In this document: one piece after another, positions 1 through 11,007 of the stretch
Position numbering within the stretch: the stretch's first letter is position 1
How the letters are laid out: every line of letters starts with the position of its first letter
Origin: Vairimorpha necatrix
Lineage: Eukaryota
DNA: 64,000 nt
Direction of reading: 5' to 3'
NCBI GenBank assembly: GCA_036630325.1
Contig: CP142733.1
Span: forward strand, 434,001-498,000
The notes under the pieces: model-generated
Seen by the model: only the letters and a program-made list of their open reading frames with translations
Database searches by the model: none
Told to the model about the DNA's origin: nothing
Made by a program: the position numbers and the translations under genes

Positions 1-1323
1 CTACAAGAAGACATAATCATAGGTTATTATAGCAAGAAACTGGCAGGCTCTGAACTTAATTACACTATAGTCGAAAAAGAGTATCTAGCCATTCTTCTCT
101 CCGCAATTCATTTTGAAAGCATCATTCAGGGATGTTATGTAGAAATACATACTGACAGTAACAACTGTTCGTTTGAAAATAAAAGCCTAACCACGAGGAT
201 TAACAGATGGAAACTGATCATGAATAAATTTAATCATAAGATCTTCCATATCAAAGGAAAGGATAACACAGTAGCAGACACATTATCGCGTTGTCTACTT
301 TTACAGATCATGCCTCTCAAGATACAATACGACAATGTCGTTAAAACTTCATGCACGTCAAACAACGGCGTATTACTCAGGAACGATAGAGGCCAACTGG
401 TTATCAGGAATGACAAAATCAAATCTTTCCTAAAAAGCATACATGACATATCAGGTCACCGAGGAGTTTCTACACTCTACAACAACATTAAAAAATACAT
501 TTACGTAAAAAACGCCCTACAAAGGATATCTTGGGTAGTAAAAAGTTGTTCTGTATGCAGAAAATTCAAGATAATTAACAATAGTCATCAAAATACGGTG
601 AAGATGGATTCATCTAGATTATACGAGCGCATATCATCAGATATCTTCGGACCATTCAAGTATCATACTCCTTCCCCGAACTCTGAGGAGAAGATAGGAT
701 ATATACTTACGATATCAGATATATATTCTAGAGAAGTGATGTTAATATTCTTTAAGACGATTAAAACTCAAGAATTAATCGATTCTATAGAAGCATGGAT
801 TAAGACAAGAGACAGGCCTAAGCATTTAATATCGGATAACGGACGACAATACATCTCCGCAGGTTTCAAAGAGTATCTAGCTACTACAGGAATAAATCAC
901 ATTCTAATACCGACATACACACCCAAATCAAATGGGATATCCGAACGCCTAAACCAAACTATTGCCTTCACGCTTTCCATAAACAAATTCCGAGACATCT
1001 ACGAGACTGTTAAAGAAGCAGAAAATATATTAAATATCAACTTTAATCGAGGGATTAAAGCCTCGCCTTATCTTATAGCATATGGCAGGGACTTCTACGA
1101 TTTAGACACCAAACAGCAAACAATAACAAAAAAACCAAACGCTGTAGCGTATACTTCTAAGTTCAACGTGGGAGACATTGTCTACAAAAGAAATTTAAAA
1201 GCAGGAAAACTCGATCGGAAATATGGAACAAGACAAATAGTTGAAGAAGTGGGAAGCAAAGGTAAATGGGTTCGCTTAAAAGATGACGAATCATGGACGC
1301 ATGTCCGAAACTTGAAATTTTAG
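1..1323 (+). CDS. Ty3/gypsy pol, 3' part (RNase H + integrase); frame open from the window edge
   Basis: Frame 1 is open from base 1. RNase H motifs YSKKL..ELNYTIVEKEYLA and HIKGKDNTVADTLSR. Integrase H..GH/CxxC zinc motif, SDIFGP, SDNGRQY and SNGISERLN. Confidence 0.93.
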   Translation, partial: LQEDIIIGYYSKKLAGSELNYTIVEKEYLAILLSAIHFESIIQGCYVEIHTDSNNCSFENKSLTTRINRWKLIMNKFNHKIFHIKGKDNTVADTLSRCLLLQIMPLKIQYDNVVKTSCTSNNGVLLRNDRGQLVIRNDKIKSFLKSIHDISGHRGVSTLYNNIKKYIYVKNALQRISWVVKSCSVCRKFKIINNSHQNTVKMDSSRLYERISSDIFGPFKYHTPSPNSEEKIGYILTISDIYSREVMLIFFKTIKTQELIDSIEAWIKTRDRPKHLISDNGRQYISAGFKEYLATTGINHILIPTYTPKSNGISERLNQTIAFTLSINKFRDIYETVKEAENILNINFNRGIKASPYLIAYGRDFYDLDTKQQTITKKPNAVAYTSKFNVGDIVYKRNLKAGKLDRKYGTRQIVEEVGSKGKWVRLKDDESWTHVRNLKF

Positions 1324-1338
1324 TTGGAGTTGGCAGTA

Positions 1339-1679
1339 TGTGGTATAATATCTCATACCACATGTTTATGGTGACCAATAGACGATGAAACGCTAATGTG
1401 CTTTGATACACGTCAAGCATCTCTAATTGTTAGTGGACAGTTCTGAAACACTAATTTCTAATTGGTTACACACAAATATAAATAACGAAATTCATCACTT
1501 AAAAAGAATGAGGATGCCTAAGAACAACAACAGCCGCACTCCAGCTCAGGCCCATGACGGCAATAACAATAAACACTATTCAAATACATTTACACCTACC
1601 TTGGGAATTCATGGTACACATAACCGTAGCATTATTGAATGCTTTCTTGCCACTGGCACAATTCCAGGTAAATACGCCA
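1339..1679 (+). repeat. 3' LTR of the gypsy element at the window start
   Basis: Follows a purine-rich tract (GGAGTTGGCAGTA) just after the pol stop. Starts TGTGG and ends ACGCCA. Both ends resemble the solo LTR at 10528-10874. Confidence 0.8.
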
Positions 1680-2690
1680 GTTAGCTTTAGGACGCAAATT
1701 TCGATATAGGGTTTTTTTGTTTTTTTTGCCCTTTTTTTTAAAAAATGGAAGAAAGAAAATGTGGAGGAAGGAACAAAAATTAAAATTAGAACAATAAATT
1801 TAATAATGCATCGAAAACAGAATTAGAGGAATTTCTCTGGAGCATATACCTAAGTAAATAAAGTTTGGCGCTGTTTTTTGACCTATTTCTGTTAAGTATG
1901 GAATTTTTGAGTGAACGCCAATTACCTTCAATGGTATCGGTGTGTACTCCAATATTTTGATCTCGAAAGTTTAATGAGTGGTTTACCATATAATGTTTTT
2001 TAAATAAGGTGCCCAAAGAATGATAAACCCTCCACATATCACTATGTATAGTGCTTTTTGTATCAACGAATTTCAATAAGAGATCTGTAAGAGTTTCTTA
2101 TCTCTTTTCTTAATATATAAACCACAATCTTACGTTCGATAGTACGTTCTATCATGCCGGAACACCAAACCTCCTTCACAATTTTCCTCGGTTACATTTA
2201 TTTTTCCGATTTAAGTTTCATCTTTGTCAACAATGATATCTTCTCCTCCTATCTTGTTTAAAGATGATAAATATTTATCATAGAGATTTAATTTCTTTAA
2301 TTTTTTAAGTAAAAAAGATATCGAAGGTTTTGAACAACTGAGAATTTGGCAAATAAATTTACGAGAATAGCCAAGAATCCACAAATTTAGTAGCTGCAAA
2401 ATTGTGATATGATCGAGTTTGGAGTTTTCAAAGAAAGTATTCGTCCATATCGATGTTTGCTTCTTACAATCTTTCCAGGTACAAATTAAAACACAACTCT
2501 GTTTTCTCGTGAATCTCATTCTATTATCACACACACTGCAAATCTGATTTTGTCTTTTAGTAATTAGATTTTTATACACTATTTCTAATTCTGCTCTTGT
2601 CATTATTCTTTCTTCCATTTTTTAAAAAAAAGGGCAAAAAAAACAAAAAAACCCTATATCGAAATTTGCGTCCCAAAGCTAACTTTAGCC
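1680..2690 (-). mobile_element. Merlin (ISXO2/IS1016-like) DNA transposon, frameshifted transposase (2618->1786)
   Basis: ~80-bp TIRs (GTTAGCTTT(A/G)GGACGCAAATTTCGATATAGGG...). Motifs CxxC..CxxxxC, IGGEDIIVDKDET, HSDMWRVY, VNHS, HTDTIEGNW. The outer ~7 bp of the left TIR are missing. Confidence 0.9.
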
Positions 2691-3705
2691 ATAATTTGTT
2701 TATTTGCCTCTACTCTTAAATAAATGTCAGAAGAAAAATATAAAGACGTAGAAGAAATCATGCTTAGATGCATTGATTCATGCATATTAGGAAGATTTTG
2801 TCCAAAATGTCTTGGAACTTTGAAAAAGACAAAGGATAACCAAAATCTTCTAAGATGTAGGTCTGAAATTCCTTTAATGTATAAAAAACCTTTTTTCGAA
2901 CAAAATTAAGTTGGTTACAATATGCCAAGCAATGTTGTTATTTAAAAATAATACTCTTGCTAAAACGATCTTTAAAATATTATCAATAAGTAAAAAGGCG
3001 GTATATAGAACAATAAAAAACATTACAAAAGACCTAAAAAGCAATGAAATGATTAATGGGACAGACATCATAGTTGAAATAGACAAATCTAAAAACGGCA
3101 AAAGAAAAAATTATAGAGGACATAAAGTCGATGGAGTATGGGTTCTTGGATGTTGAAAGGACCACACATAGAAAAATAGTGTTAATAGAAGTAGACAATA
3201 AAAAGACAATTACATTAGAAAGTGTAATTCTCAAATATATTAAAGAAGAAAGCATCATGTATACAGATTGTTTGAAATAATAAGCAAACCTTTCAAAGTT
3301 TGGCATATACAGACATTTTACTGTAAACCACTCCATTAGTTTTGTACATTTGACGACAGGTGTACACATTAACTACATCGAAGGAACGTGGGCAGCTGTT
3401 AAATTGGGAATCCCAGTTAGATATGGGACCAAAAAACATATTACACCTTGGTTAAACTTATTTGTTTTTAAAAGAAAAAATTTTAAAAATACGTTCGAAA
3501 ATATAATTAAAATGACTTTTGACTCAATATATAAATCTAAAATTAAATTATGTATTCAAATAAATATTTATTTTATATTTTTAATATTTAAAGTTGTTAG
3601 GAATTTTTGTCTCCTTTTTGCTCCTCCTTTTTTGCACTTCAATTTTGAGGTTCGAAAAAATTAAGTGAACACCCTCCGAGGGGGGATGTTTGGGCATCTT
3701 CAGCC
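2691..3705 (+). mobile_element. Merlin transposon, decayed, left end interrupted
   Basis: Fragments CPKC..RCR, IVEIDKSK..KRK.YRGHKVDGVWVLG, VNHS and HINYIEGTW. Ends ...TTCAGCC. The 3' end resembles the TIRs of the MITE at 58251-59086. Confidence 0.8.
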
Positions 3706-3826
3706 GTTAAAGCTTTTATTTACTGTTTTCTCGTTTAATTCATTTCCTTTTTGTGTGGGGTTTAAAATAAAATATTTTAAAAATAAGAATTAGGGAAGAT
3801 AATTAAAAATTGTAAAAAACATCCTA

Positions 3827-3874
3827 TGTTATATATTCTTATATTTCTGAACTCCATTATGGAAAATAAATACA
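3827..3874 (+). repeat. 5' LTR (48 bp)
   Basis: TGTTATATATTCTTATATTTCTGAACTCCATTATGGAAAATAAATACA, immediately followed by the PBS. Confidence 0.9.
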
Positions 3875-5554
3875 TGGGGGCGATACCAAATCGTGAGTTA
3901 ACAAGTGTTGGCTGTGGTCAAGAGGCCAGAAAACTATTGCAAGAATATAAGATTATTATGTATGAGATCAAAGTTATACAGTGTAGAAGCGATGAAGATT
4001 TGAAGAAAATTATTTTTGAAAAGCGAAGTTTGGAGCTAAAAAATTTTATGGTTATGAATATAGAGTTTAATATGCGGTTTACCCCCCCCCCCACCCCTAA
4101 AAAAATAAAAAAAAGGGGGAAAAATAAAAAAGGGGAAAAAATAAAAAAAAGGGGGAAACAAAAAGGAATAAAATTATACCCCTAAAACGAACATCAAAAA
4201 TTTTAATAAATTAATATACCAAAAATAGGAATTAATTACATTTCTTCTTGAAAAAAATATATTAAAGGTACCAATGTGCAATAAGTGCATGACACCCATG
4301 ACCAAAATTAGAAATAATTTGGACAAATATCGTTGTTACTTACGACGAAATGGGAGAAAATGCTCAAACAAAGGTAACATTTACAAAGAAAGCATTTTTA
4401 AAAGTTCTAGATTAGATATCGAAGATCTTTTAATTTTGCTGTGTGAATGGGTTAAAGGTGTAAGCAATGTTTCGGCTACTATCGAATTGGATATAGATAG
4501 TAGTACCGTATCTCGCTGGTTTACGCGTTTTAATAACGCTGTATTCTTATCCTATTTCAATTACCTCAAAACAAAACCATAGGAGGTTTAAATTGCGTAG
4601 TTGAAATAGACGAGACATTGCTTGTTAAAAGTAAAAACCATAACGGTAGAATCCTTCAATACCAAGTTTGGGCCGTTGGTGGAGTTGTACGAGGAGACAG
4701 CAATTCTTTTTTTTCGAAATTGTTGAAAATCGATCAAGAACTACTCTTGTCGATTTAATAAAATGGAAAATTGCACCTGGATCTACAATTATTACTGATT
4801 GTTGGCGGGGTTATGAAGGGTTTTCGGAACTATGTCCGGATTATAACTATTTACATTTAACTGTAAATCATAGCCAAAATTTTGTAAATAAAACAACAGG
4901 CGCCCACACCCAAACAATTGAGGGAATGTGGTCTGTAATTAAAAGGGAATTGCGCAAAGAAGGAACAAGCCATGGTTCTTTAATGAATCTCATTCGAAAA
5001 CTTTATTGCTCGTTTTAAGTTAATTTATAGAGAATCACTACTTGAAAGAATGTTATGCTTTTTTGAGATTGATAATATATCATTTTTAAATTACGATTTA
5101 GGGCCCGAATTTGATTTTGAATTGATTGAATAAATTTTGTTTCCCCCTTTTTTTTATTTTTCCCCTTTTTTTTATTTTTTCCCCTTTTTTTATTTTTTTC
5201 ACTTTTTTTATTTTTCCCCCTTTTTTTTATTTTTTTAGGGGTGGGGGGGGGGGTAACATCGCAATTTAACCGAATATAGGTTTAGAGGATCACCATGACA
5301 TGATAGGAATACGACTAAAAGAGATTGTAAAAGATTATGAAGATGGAGAAGAGAGATTTAGAATGATTGAAGAGTTTACAAAGAAGTTGACAAAAGAAAT
5401 ATATACAGAGGAGATAGAGCGTAGGAGAAAGTATGTGAGGTCTATGAGATGTTTTTATTGTGAAAGGTTAGGACATAAAAGTAATATATGTTATAATAGA
5501 TACAGAGAGGAGAGAAATAAACAAGATAGAAAAGATATATCAAGAGGACAGTAG
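3874..5554 (+). pseudogene. gag split by a Merlin insertion
   Basis: Removing 4064-5271 plus one TSD copy rejoins ...MVMNI-GLEDHHD-MIGIRL... in frame. Zinc knuckle CFYCERLGHKSNIC. Confidence 0.85.
4064..5271 (+). mobile_element. Merlin transposon with 8-bp TSD GAATATAG
   Basis: TSD at 4056-4063 and 5272-5279. Long TIRs with a C-tract and subterminal AAAAAATAAAAAAAGGGG repeats. Transposase fragments CNKC, VEIDET, TDCWRGY, VNHSQNF, HTQTIEGMW. Confidence 0.93.
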
Positions 5555-8143
5555 CAGCAGCGACGTAAAATATTACAGGAATACGTGGGCTGATAAAAGG
5601 CAAAAGAAACAGGTAGAAGTTAGGCCAGGTTCACTATGGAAACGAACTGGAGAAGTAAAAGACATTAAGAAGAGAAGTTATGAGACGACAACATTCAAGG
5701 GGCTGACTCTAGAAGATGTTAAGAAAAAATTTAAAAACGTTATTGATGAAAATAAGGGAAAAATTAAGTATTGTAAAATAGAGAAATGTAAAATCAAGAC
5801 AGAAGCAGGGAAAAAAGTCGTTAGGAGGGGACAGATGATTCCTCAAGCGCATAAAACCGAATTAATGAAGCACTTAGAGGATTTAGAGAAAAGAAATGTA
5901 ATTAAAAGATTAACCTCTGAATGGCGGAATTCGATAAAGGCTATAGTTAAGCCGGATGGAGGCATACGTTTGGTCAGTAATCTTATGGCCCCGAACGATT
6001 TAGTAGAGAAGGATCCATATGAGTTGTGTAACATCAGGGATATTATTAGGTTTACGCAAGGCTCGAAGATTATGAGTGTTATTGACCTTAAAGAAGCCTT
6101 TTTGGGGGTTGAGATAGAAGAAGCGGATAAGCATAAGACCGCGTTTGAATTTGATAAGGAAGTATACGAGTGGAACAGCATGGTCATGGGGTTTAAAAAT
6201 TCGCCACAGATCATGCAAAGGATTTTGAATAAGATTTTTGAGAAGTATTTGGGAAGAGGAATTAAAGTTTACATGGATGATATTGTAATACATGCCAAGA
6301 CTAGAGAAGAACACGACAAATTGTTTTTAGAGGCAATGAGACTGTTAGAAGAGAATAACATGAGATTAAACTCAAAGAAGATACAGTATCGTCAATCTGA
6401 AGTTAAATTATTAGGAGTAACATTGAATGGGCAGGATATGATGCCATCCGAGATAAAAAAGAATGAAGCATTAGAATTTCCGAAGCCGCAAAATGTAACC
6501 GACGTAAGAAGATTTTTAGGATTAAGTGGTTGGTTCAGAGGATTTATAAAGAACTACGCAGAGAAAACGATGCACATGACAGATTGCTTAAGAGGGAAAA
6601 ACAAAAGTTGGAATTGGACTGAGGAGTTGGATATTAAATTTGAGAATATGAAAAAAGTGCTTAAGAATTTAGGGAAATTGAGGATTGTTAATTACGAGAA
6701 AGAATTTTTATTAAGAACGGATGCGAGTAATATTGGTATGGGAGATGTACTTATGGAGAAAAATGAAAAAGAGGAATGGGTGCCGGTACAATGGGCATCA
6801 AAGAAATTTTCGACTGAAACTAGATACGGAATTAGCGAGAAAGAGATGTATGCCGTATATTGGGGCATAAAGAAGTTTGAGTATGAATTGAGAGGAAGAA
6901 AGTTTAAGGTTGAAACTGATCATAAGGCTTTAGCAGAAATAAGAAGAAAGCCATGTTTTAATTATAATAGGATTAACAGGTGGATAGAGATGATCCAAGA
7001 GTTTGATTTTGAAATCGAGTACAGGCAACCCGATCAGATGGTTGTTGCTGGTGCATTGAGCAGAATTCATTAGGTTAATGAACCGAAGAGAGAAATGATT
7101 AGACAAAGAACAGAGAAAAAGATAGCGGGAAAATGGTTAAAGCATGTTGAGAAAGTCGGGGACAAGGAGTACTGGAATTTTGATTCTGGTCGTAAAGCGG
7201 AAATACCTGCAGTAGGTGATAGGTTAGAGTTAATGAAGAGGTACCACGAAGAAAAGGCCCACAGAGGACTAGGAAGTGTTTATTCTGCTATAAAGTTTGA
7301 CTTTTATTGGCCAGGAATTAAAGAAGGTATAAAGATGATGATAAAAAATGTGAAAAATGCCAAAAATACAATAGGAAAAAATCAGGAGAATGCGATTTTA
7401 TTGCGACAAGTAGATACCTAGAAAAGGTGGCAAAGATTTAATCGATTTAAGAGATTTGGGAAAATTCGTTACAGTGGTTATTGGTTACTATCCGAGAGTC
7501 GCATAAAGTTGCGTGTTGAAAGATAAGCGTGCTAGCTCGATAATTGGATATATAGGAAATTTGTGTAGAAATGGTAAAAGACCAGAAGAAATCATATCGG
7601 ACAATGGAAGAGAATTTGCAAATGAGGAATTTCAAGAGTTATGCAGAAAGTTGGATATAACTCACAAAAAGACCAGTATTAAATCACATAAAAGCAATGG
7701 GAGAGTTGAAATAGTTATTGGTACGTTGAGAGAATCGGTTTTAAAATGAATCCCGAAAATAGCATTGAAGAAAGAGTTATGAAGGCGCTTGAGATATATA
7801 ATAATAGTTACCATGAAGGTCTAAGATGCACATCATTTGAGGCAGTTAAAGATAATACGGGAAATGTAATACTAAGAAATGGACCAGAAGGAGATTATAG
7901 TAGTCGATTTAAAAAGAGATATAGAGACAAGTTCGTCGAAGGACAGAGAGTGCGAGTTGCGAAGAGTGAAATTTTAAAGAAGTCTAATAAGTATGAAAAA
8001 GGTAGGTTTTTGGATATTGGGACGATTAGGATTGTGTGTCCGGGGATTCTTATGTAGTAAAATTAATGAATGGACGATTAGTTAAGAAGAGGCACTATGA
8101 CTTAAAAGATCTGCTTAGGGTTGATGATGACGTAGGAGACTAA
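5472..8143 (+). pseudogene. gypsy pol (RT, RNase H, integrase) with stops and frameshifts
   Basis: Motifs IDLKEAF, YMDDIVI, TDAS, EKEMYAV, ETDHKAL, HEEKAHRG and SDNGREF. The RT frame is open upstream to 5472. Confidence 0.9.
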
Positions 8144-8157
8144 CCGTCTTGGGGGGA

Positions 8158-8205
8158 TGTTATATATTCTTATATTTTTGAACCCCATTATGGAAAATAA
8201 ATACA
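8158..8205 (+). repeat. 3' LTR (48 bp)
   Basis: Copy of 3827-3874 with 2 substitutions, preceded by the PPT. Confidence 0.9.
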
Positions 8206-8699
8206 TCCTTTAAGAAATAGAGATGTTATGTGGTCATAATACCACAATAACATAATTTTATTTATTTTCCCTTTAAGTTTAAAAAAAATTATAAATAAAT
8301 TTCTAAGAAAGGAGGGCCGATGATTTTAAAAATAACCATAACCAAAAGAATAAATTTAATGATATTAATAATATAAAATATAAAATATAACAAAAGCCTT
8401 ATAGAAGTATATTTAAAAAATGGCCATGTCCCCATGGGACATCTTAAAAAAGCCTTTTATGTACAGACTATAGTTAAAATATTAAAATCAATAGCTTATA
8501 CATTTTATCGATTTTGAATGTAAAATGTCAGCCTAATAACGCAAGAGGTTTCAGTTTTTTTTATTCTACGTACCTATAAATTAGTAATATGCAAAATTTT
8601 ACCCGAATTTCAACTGCAAATTAGTGGTTGCACTATATTTTTAAATAATTTCTTAAAGATCATACAGTAATATGTCTTGAACTTTAACTTCTTTAAAAT

Positions 8700-9320
8700 T
8701 GTCTTCCAACAATTCGGTACATTTAATTTCATGGTTAATAATAGCTTGTTTTAAGTATTGATCTTTTTGTTACATTTTCATATTTAAAAATGTCAAAAAC
8801 ATTTTAGACCACATCGATTTTAAATCGCATACTCGGGGTTATTGTTATTATTTGACGGACAATTAAGAAATATTTGCAAATTGGGGTTTAGCTCATTTAA
8901 AAAAAAACTAAAAAACAAATAATTACTTCTATAATGTTAACTGGATCATTTCTATTTTGTAATGAAATCATCTGGGAATTAAGACACCATCAATAATATC
9001 AAATAAATCTAATAATAAAAATTCTTTACTCAAATTAAAAGCATGCTACTCATTGATTTTTTATCATATATCAATGTTTCCCCGAAAAAAATCAAAAAAA
9101 ATTGTCGCATGATATTTCTATTACCATCTTTGATTTATAGTTGAATACTAAATCAAATTAAAAGAGCTTTAGCTTTTGTGTTACCTGTACAGGGGAAACT
9201 AAAAAACGACGTTATTTAAAGTGTATTCTATATCATAATATATTACATTTATTTGTTACTTTTAAATCAAAAAAAAATACATTTCAATTATTATTTAAAC
9301 TTCGTCATCTAAAACAAATT
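8700..9320 (-). pseudogene. possible heavily decayed Tc1/mariner (IS630-like) transposase
   Basis: Weak minus-strand echoes of LDE..F, II.D...H and P...L...MWSK in the expected order, with many stops. Confidence 0.3.
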
Positions 9321-9801
9321 AATCATAAATTTTTGCAATTAAGACTAGTAATTTTGCCAAAATATGATTTTTTCACCAGTTACGTCTCTTTTAAATTTAA
9401 AATATATCAATTTTAACTCATATTTTTTATAAAAAATTACACGAGTCAATATTTTTTAAAAATTAAAACTTGCATGTAATGTGTTTTTTATTCTTGATAA
9501 TGTTGAAAGATTACTTAATAAATTATGTCTTGGATAATTTTTACAACAAGTCGCATGTATATGACTTCTTTAAAAAACCATTATTTTTAATTATTAAAAA
9601 AATAGAACTTTCAACAAAGTCTACTATTTATTATGTTCTATAAATCTAATTGTTCAAATAATTTTTACACAAATAATAGTGCTTTTCAAGGGACAGATCT
9701 CCAGTGGTTCTAAGATGGCCCTGCAGACTGAAGAATACTATTCTATAAGTATTCTTCTCCTTCTGCCCTTAATGTTTTTGTAGGAAAAATAGACAATATT
9801 T

Positions 9802-10974
9802 GGCTAAAGTCGGCTTTAGCAGAAAAATTTCGATATAGGTTTTTTTTGATTTGGGTCCCCTTTTTTTAAAAAAATAGAGGAGAGATTATGACTAGGAAGA
9901 AACAGAAATAACTAATAAAATAAATAATTTAATAAGGCGCGAACATCCGAGGTAGATGAGTTCCTATGTAGCATATACCTGAATAAATAAAGTTACGCAC
10001 TACGAATAGATCTGTTTCTATTTGGAATAGAATTTTTTAAAGAGCGCCTATTTCCTTCTATGGTATTGGTATGAACTCCAGTTATTGGGCCTCTGAAGTG
10101 TAGAGAATGATTTACCATCAGATGTTGGTTAAATATTAAGCCCAAATTATGGTAGGCTCTTTATATATCGCTATAAATTATGCTATTTCTGTCTACATAT
10201 TTTAACAAAAGATTAGTTAGCGTTATTTTGTCTCTTTTCTCGTTATGCATAAATTAAATTCGGCGTTGTATGGTACGTCTGACCATACCAAAACACCAGA
10301 AACCTTTTACGGGTTGGCCTCTATTATATTTATTTTTACCAATCTTAGATTCATCAATTTCTACAATAGTATTATTACCACCTATAATTCCGATACTAGC
10401 CAGATATGTCTCATAAATATCAATTTCTTTTAACTTTTTTAGTATATTAGATATTGAGCTTAGAACAACCTAAGATTTGACAGATAGACTTACAAGAATA
10501 TCCAAGAATCCACATATTAAGTATCTGTGTGGTAAAATGGAACATACCACATGATTTCTAAAAACCAATAAATACAAAAACGCTGGTGCTTCTTCGGAAC
10601 GATCAGTTATGGTTGACTATCATTGGTCAGCCAAATCTTATTTCTTTCTATTGGTTACTATATAATATAAAAAAAAATTCCATGAACAATATGGTACGAC
10701 ATCCGAACAATAACAAACACTCTTCCTTCTACAATTCAGATAAGCCAAACTCTTTTCATAACAATAAACAATCCTTTCCCTCTAACTCTTTAAACTCCGG
10801 TTTTCACGGCAATCCAAACCGTAACATCATTATATGCTTACTTGCTACAGGCAAGCTGCCCGGTAAACACGCCAATTTTCAAGTTCTTCTCTTACTTAAT
10901 TCTCTCCTCCATTTTTTTTAAAAAGGGGCGAAACCCCCTATATCGAAAATTTTCTGCCAAAGCTGACTTTAGCC
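9802..10974 (-). mobile_element. Merlin transposon (family of 1680-2690) with 8-bp TSD CAATATTT, containing a solo LTR
   Basis: TIR GGCTAAAGTC(G/A)GCTTT... at both ends. TSD at 9794-9801 and 10975-10982. The decayed transposase is colinear with 1786-2618. Confidence 0.9.
10528..10874 (+). repeat. solo gypsy LTR related to 1339-1679
   Basis: TGTGGTA..CATACCACATG start and ...GGTAAACACGCCA end, with internal similarity to 1339-1679. No TSD. Confidence 0.8.
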
Positions 10975-11007
10975 CAATATTTTCCCTCCGACAAACATAA
11001 AAGAAAC

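Larger units (their letters stand above)
3827..8205 (+). mobile_element. Full-length compact Ty3/gypsy retrotransposon with 48-bp LTRs (decayed, carries a Merlin in gag)
   Basis: LTRs 3827-3874 and 8158-8205 (TG..CA, 2 mismatches). TSD TCCTA/TCCTT. PBS TGGGGGCGA at 3875. PPT GGGGGGA at 8151-8157. Gag zinc knuckle, RT, RNase H and integrase in order. Confidence 0.92.

Noticed and set aside
5472-5510. VIIDTE as a protease active-site remnant in the mini-gypsy
   Set aside because: It lacks the Gly of DTG, overlaps the zinc knuckle in another frame and has no downstream ILG motif.
1427-10921. Similar Asn/His-rich ORFs at 1427-1684 and 10586-10921
   Set aside because: Both lie in related LTRs and start at non-ATG codons, so LTR homology explains the similarity.
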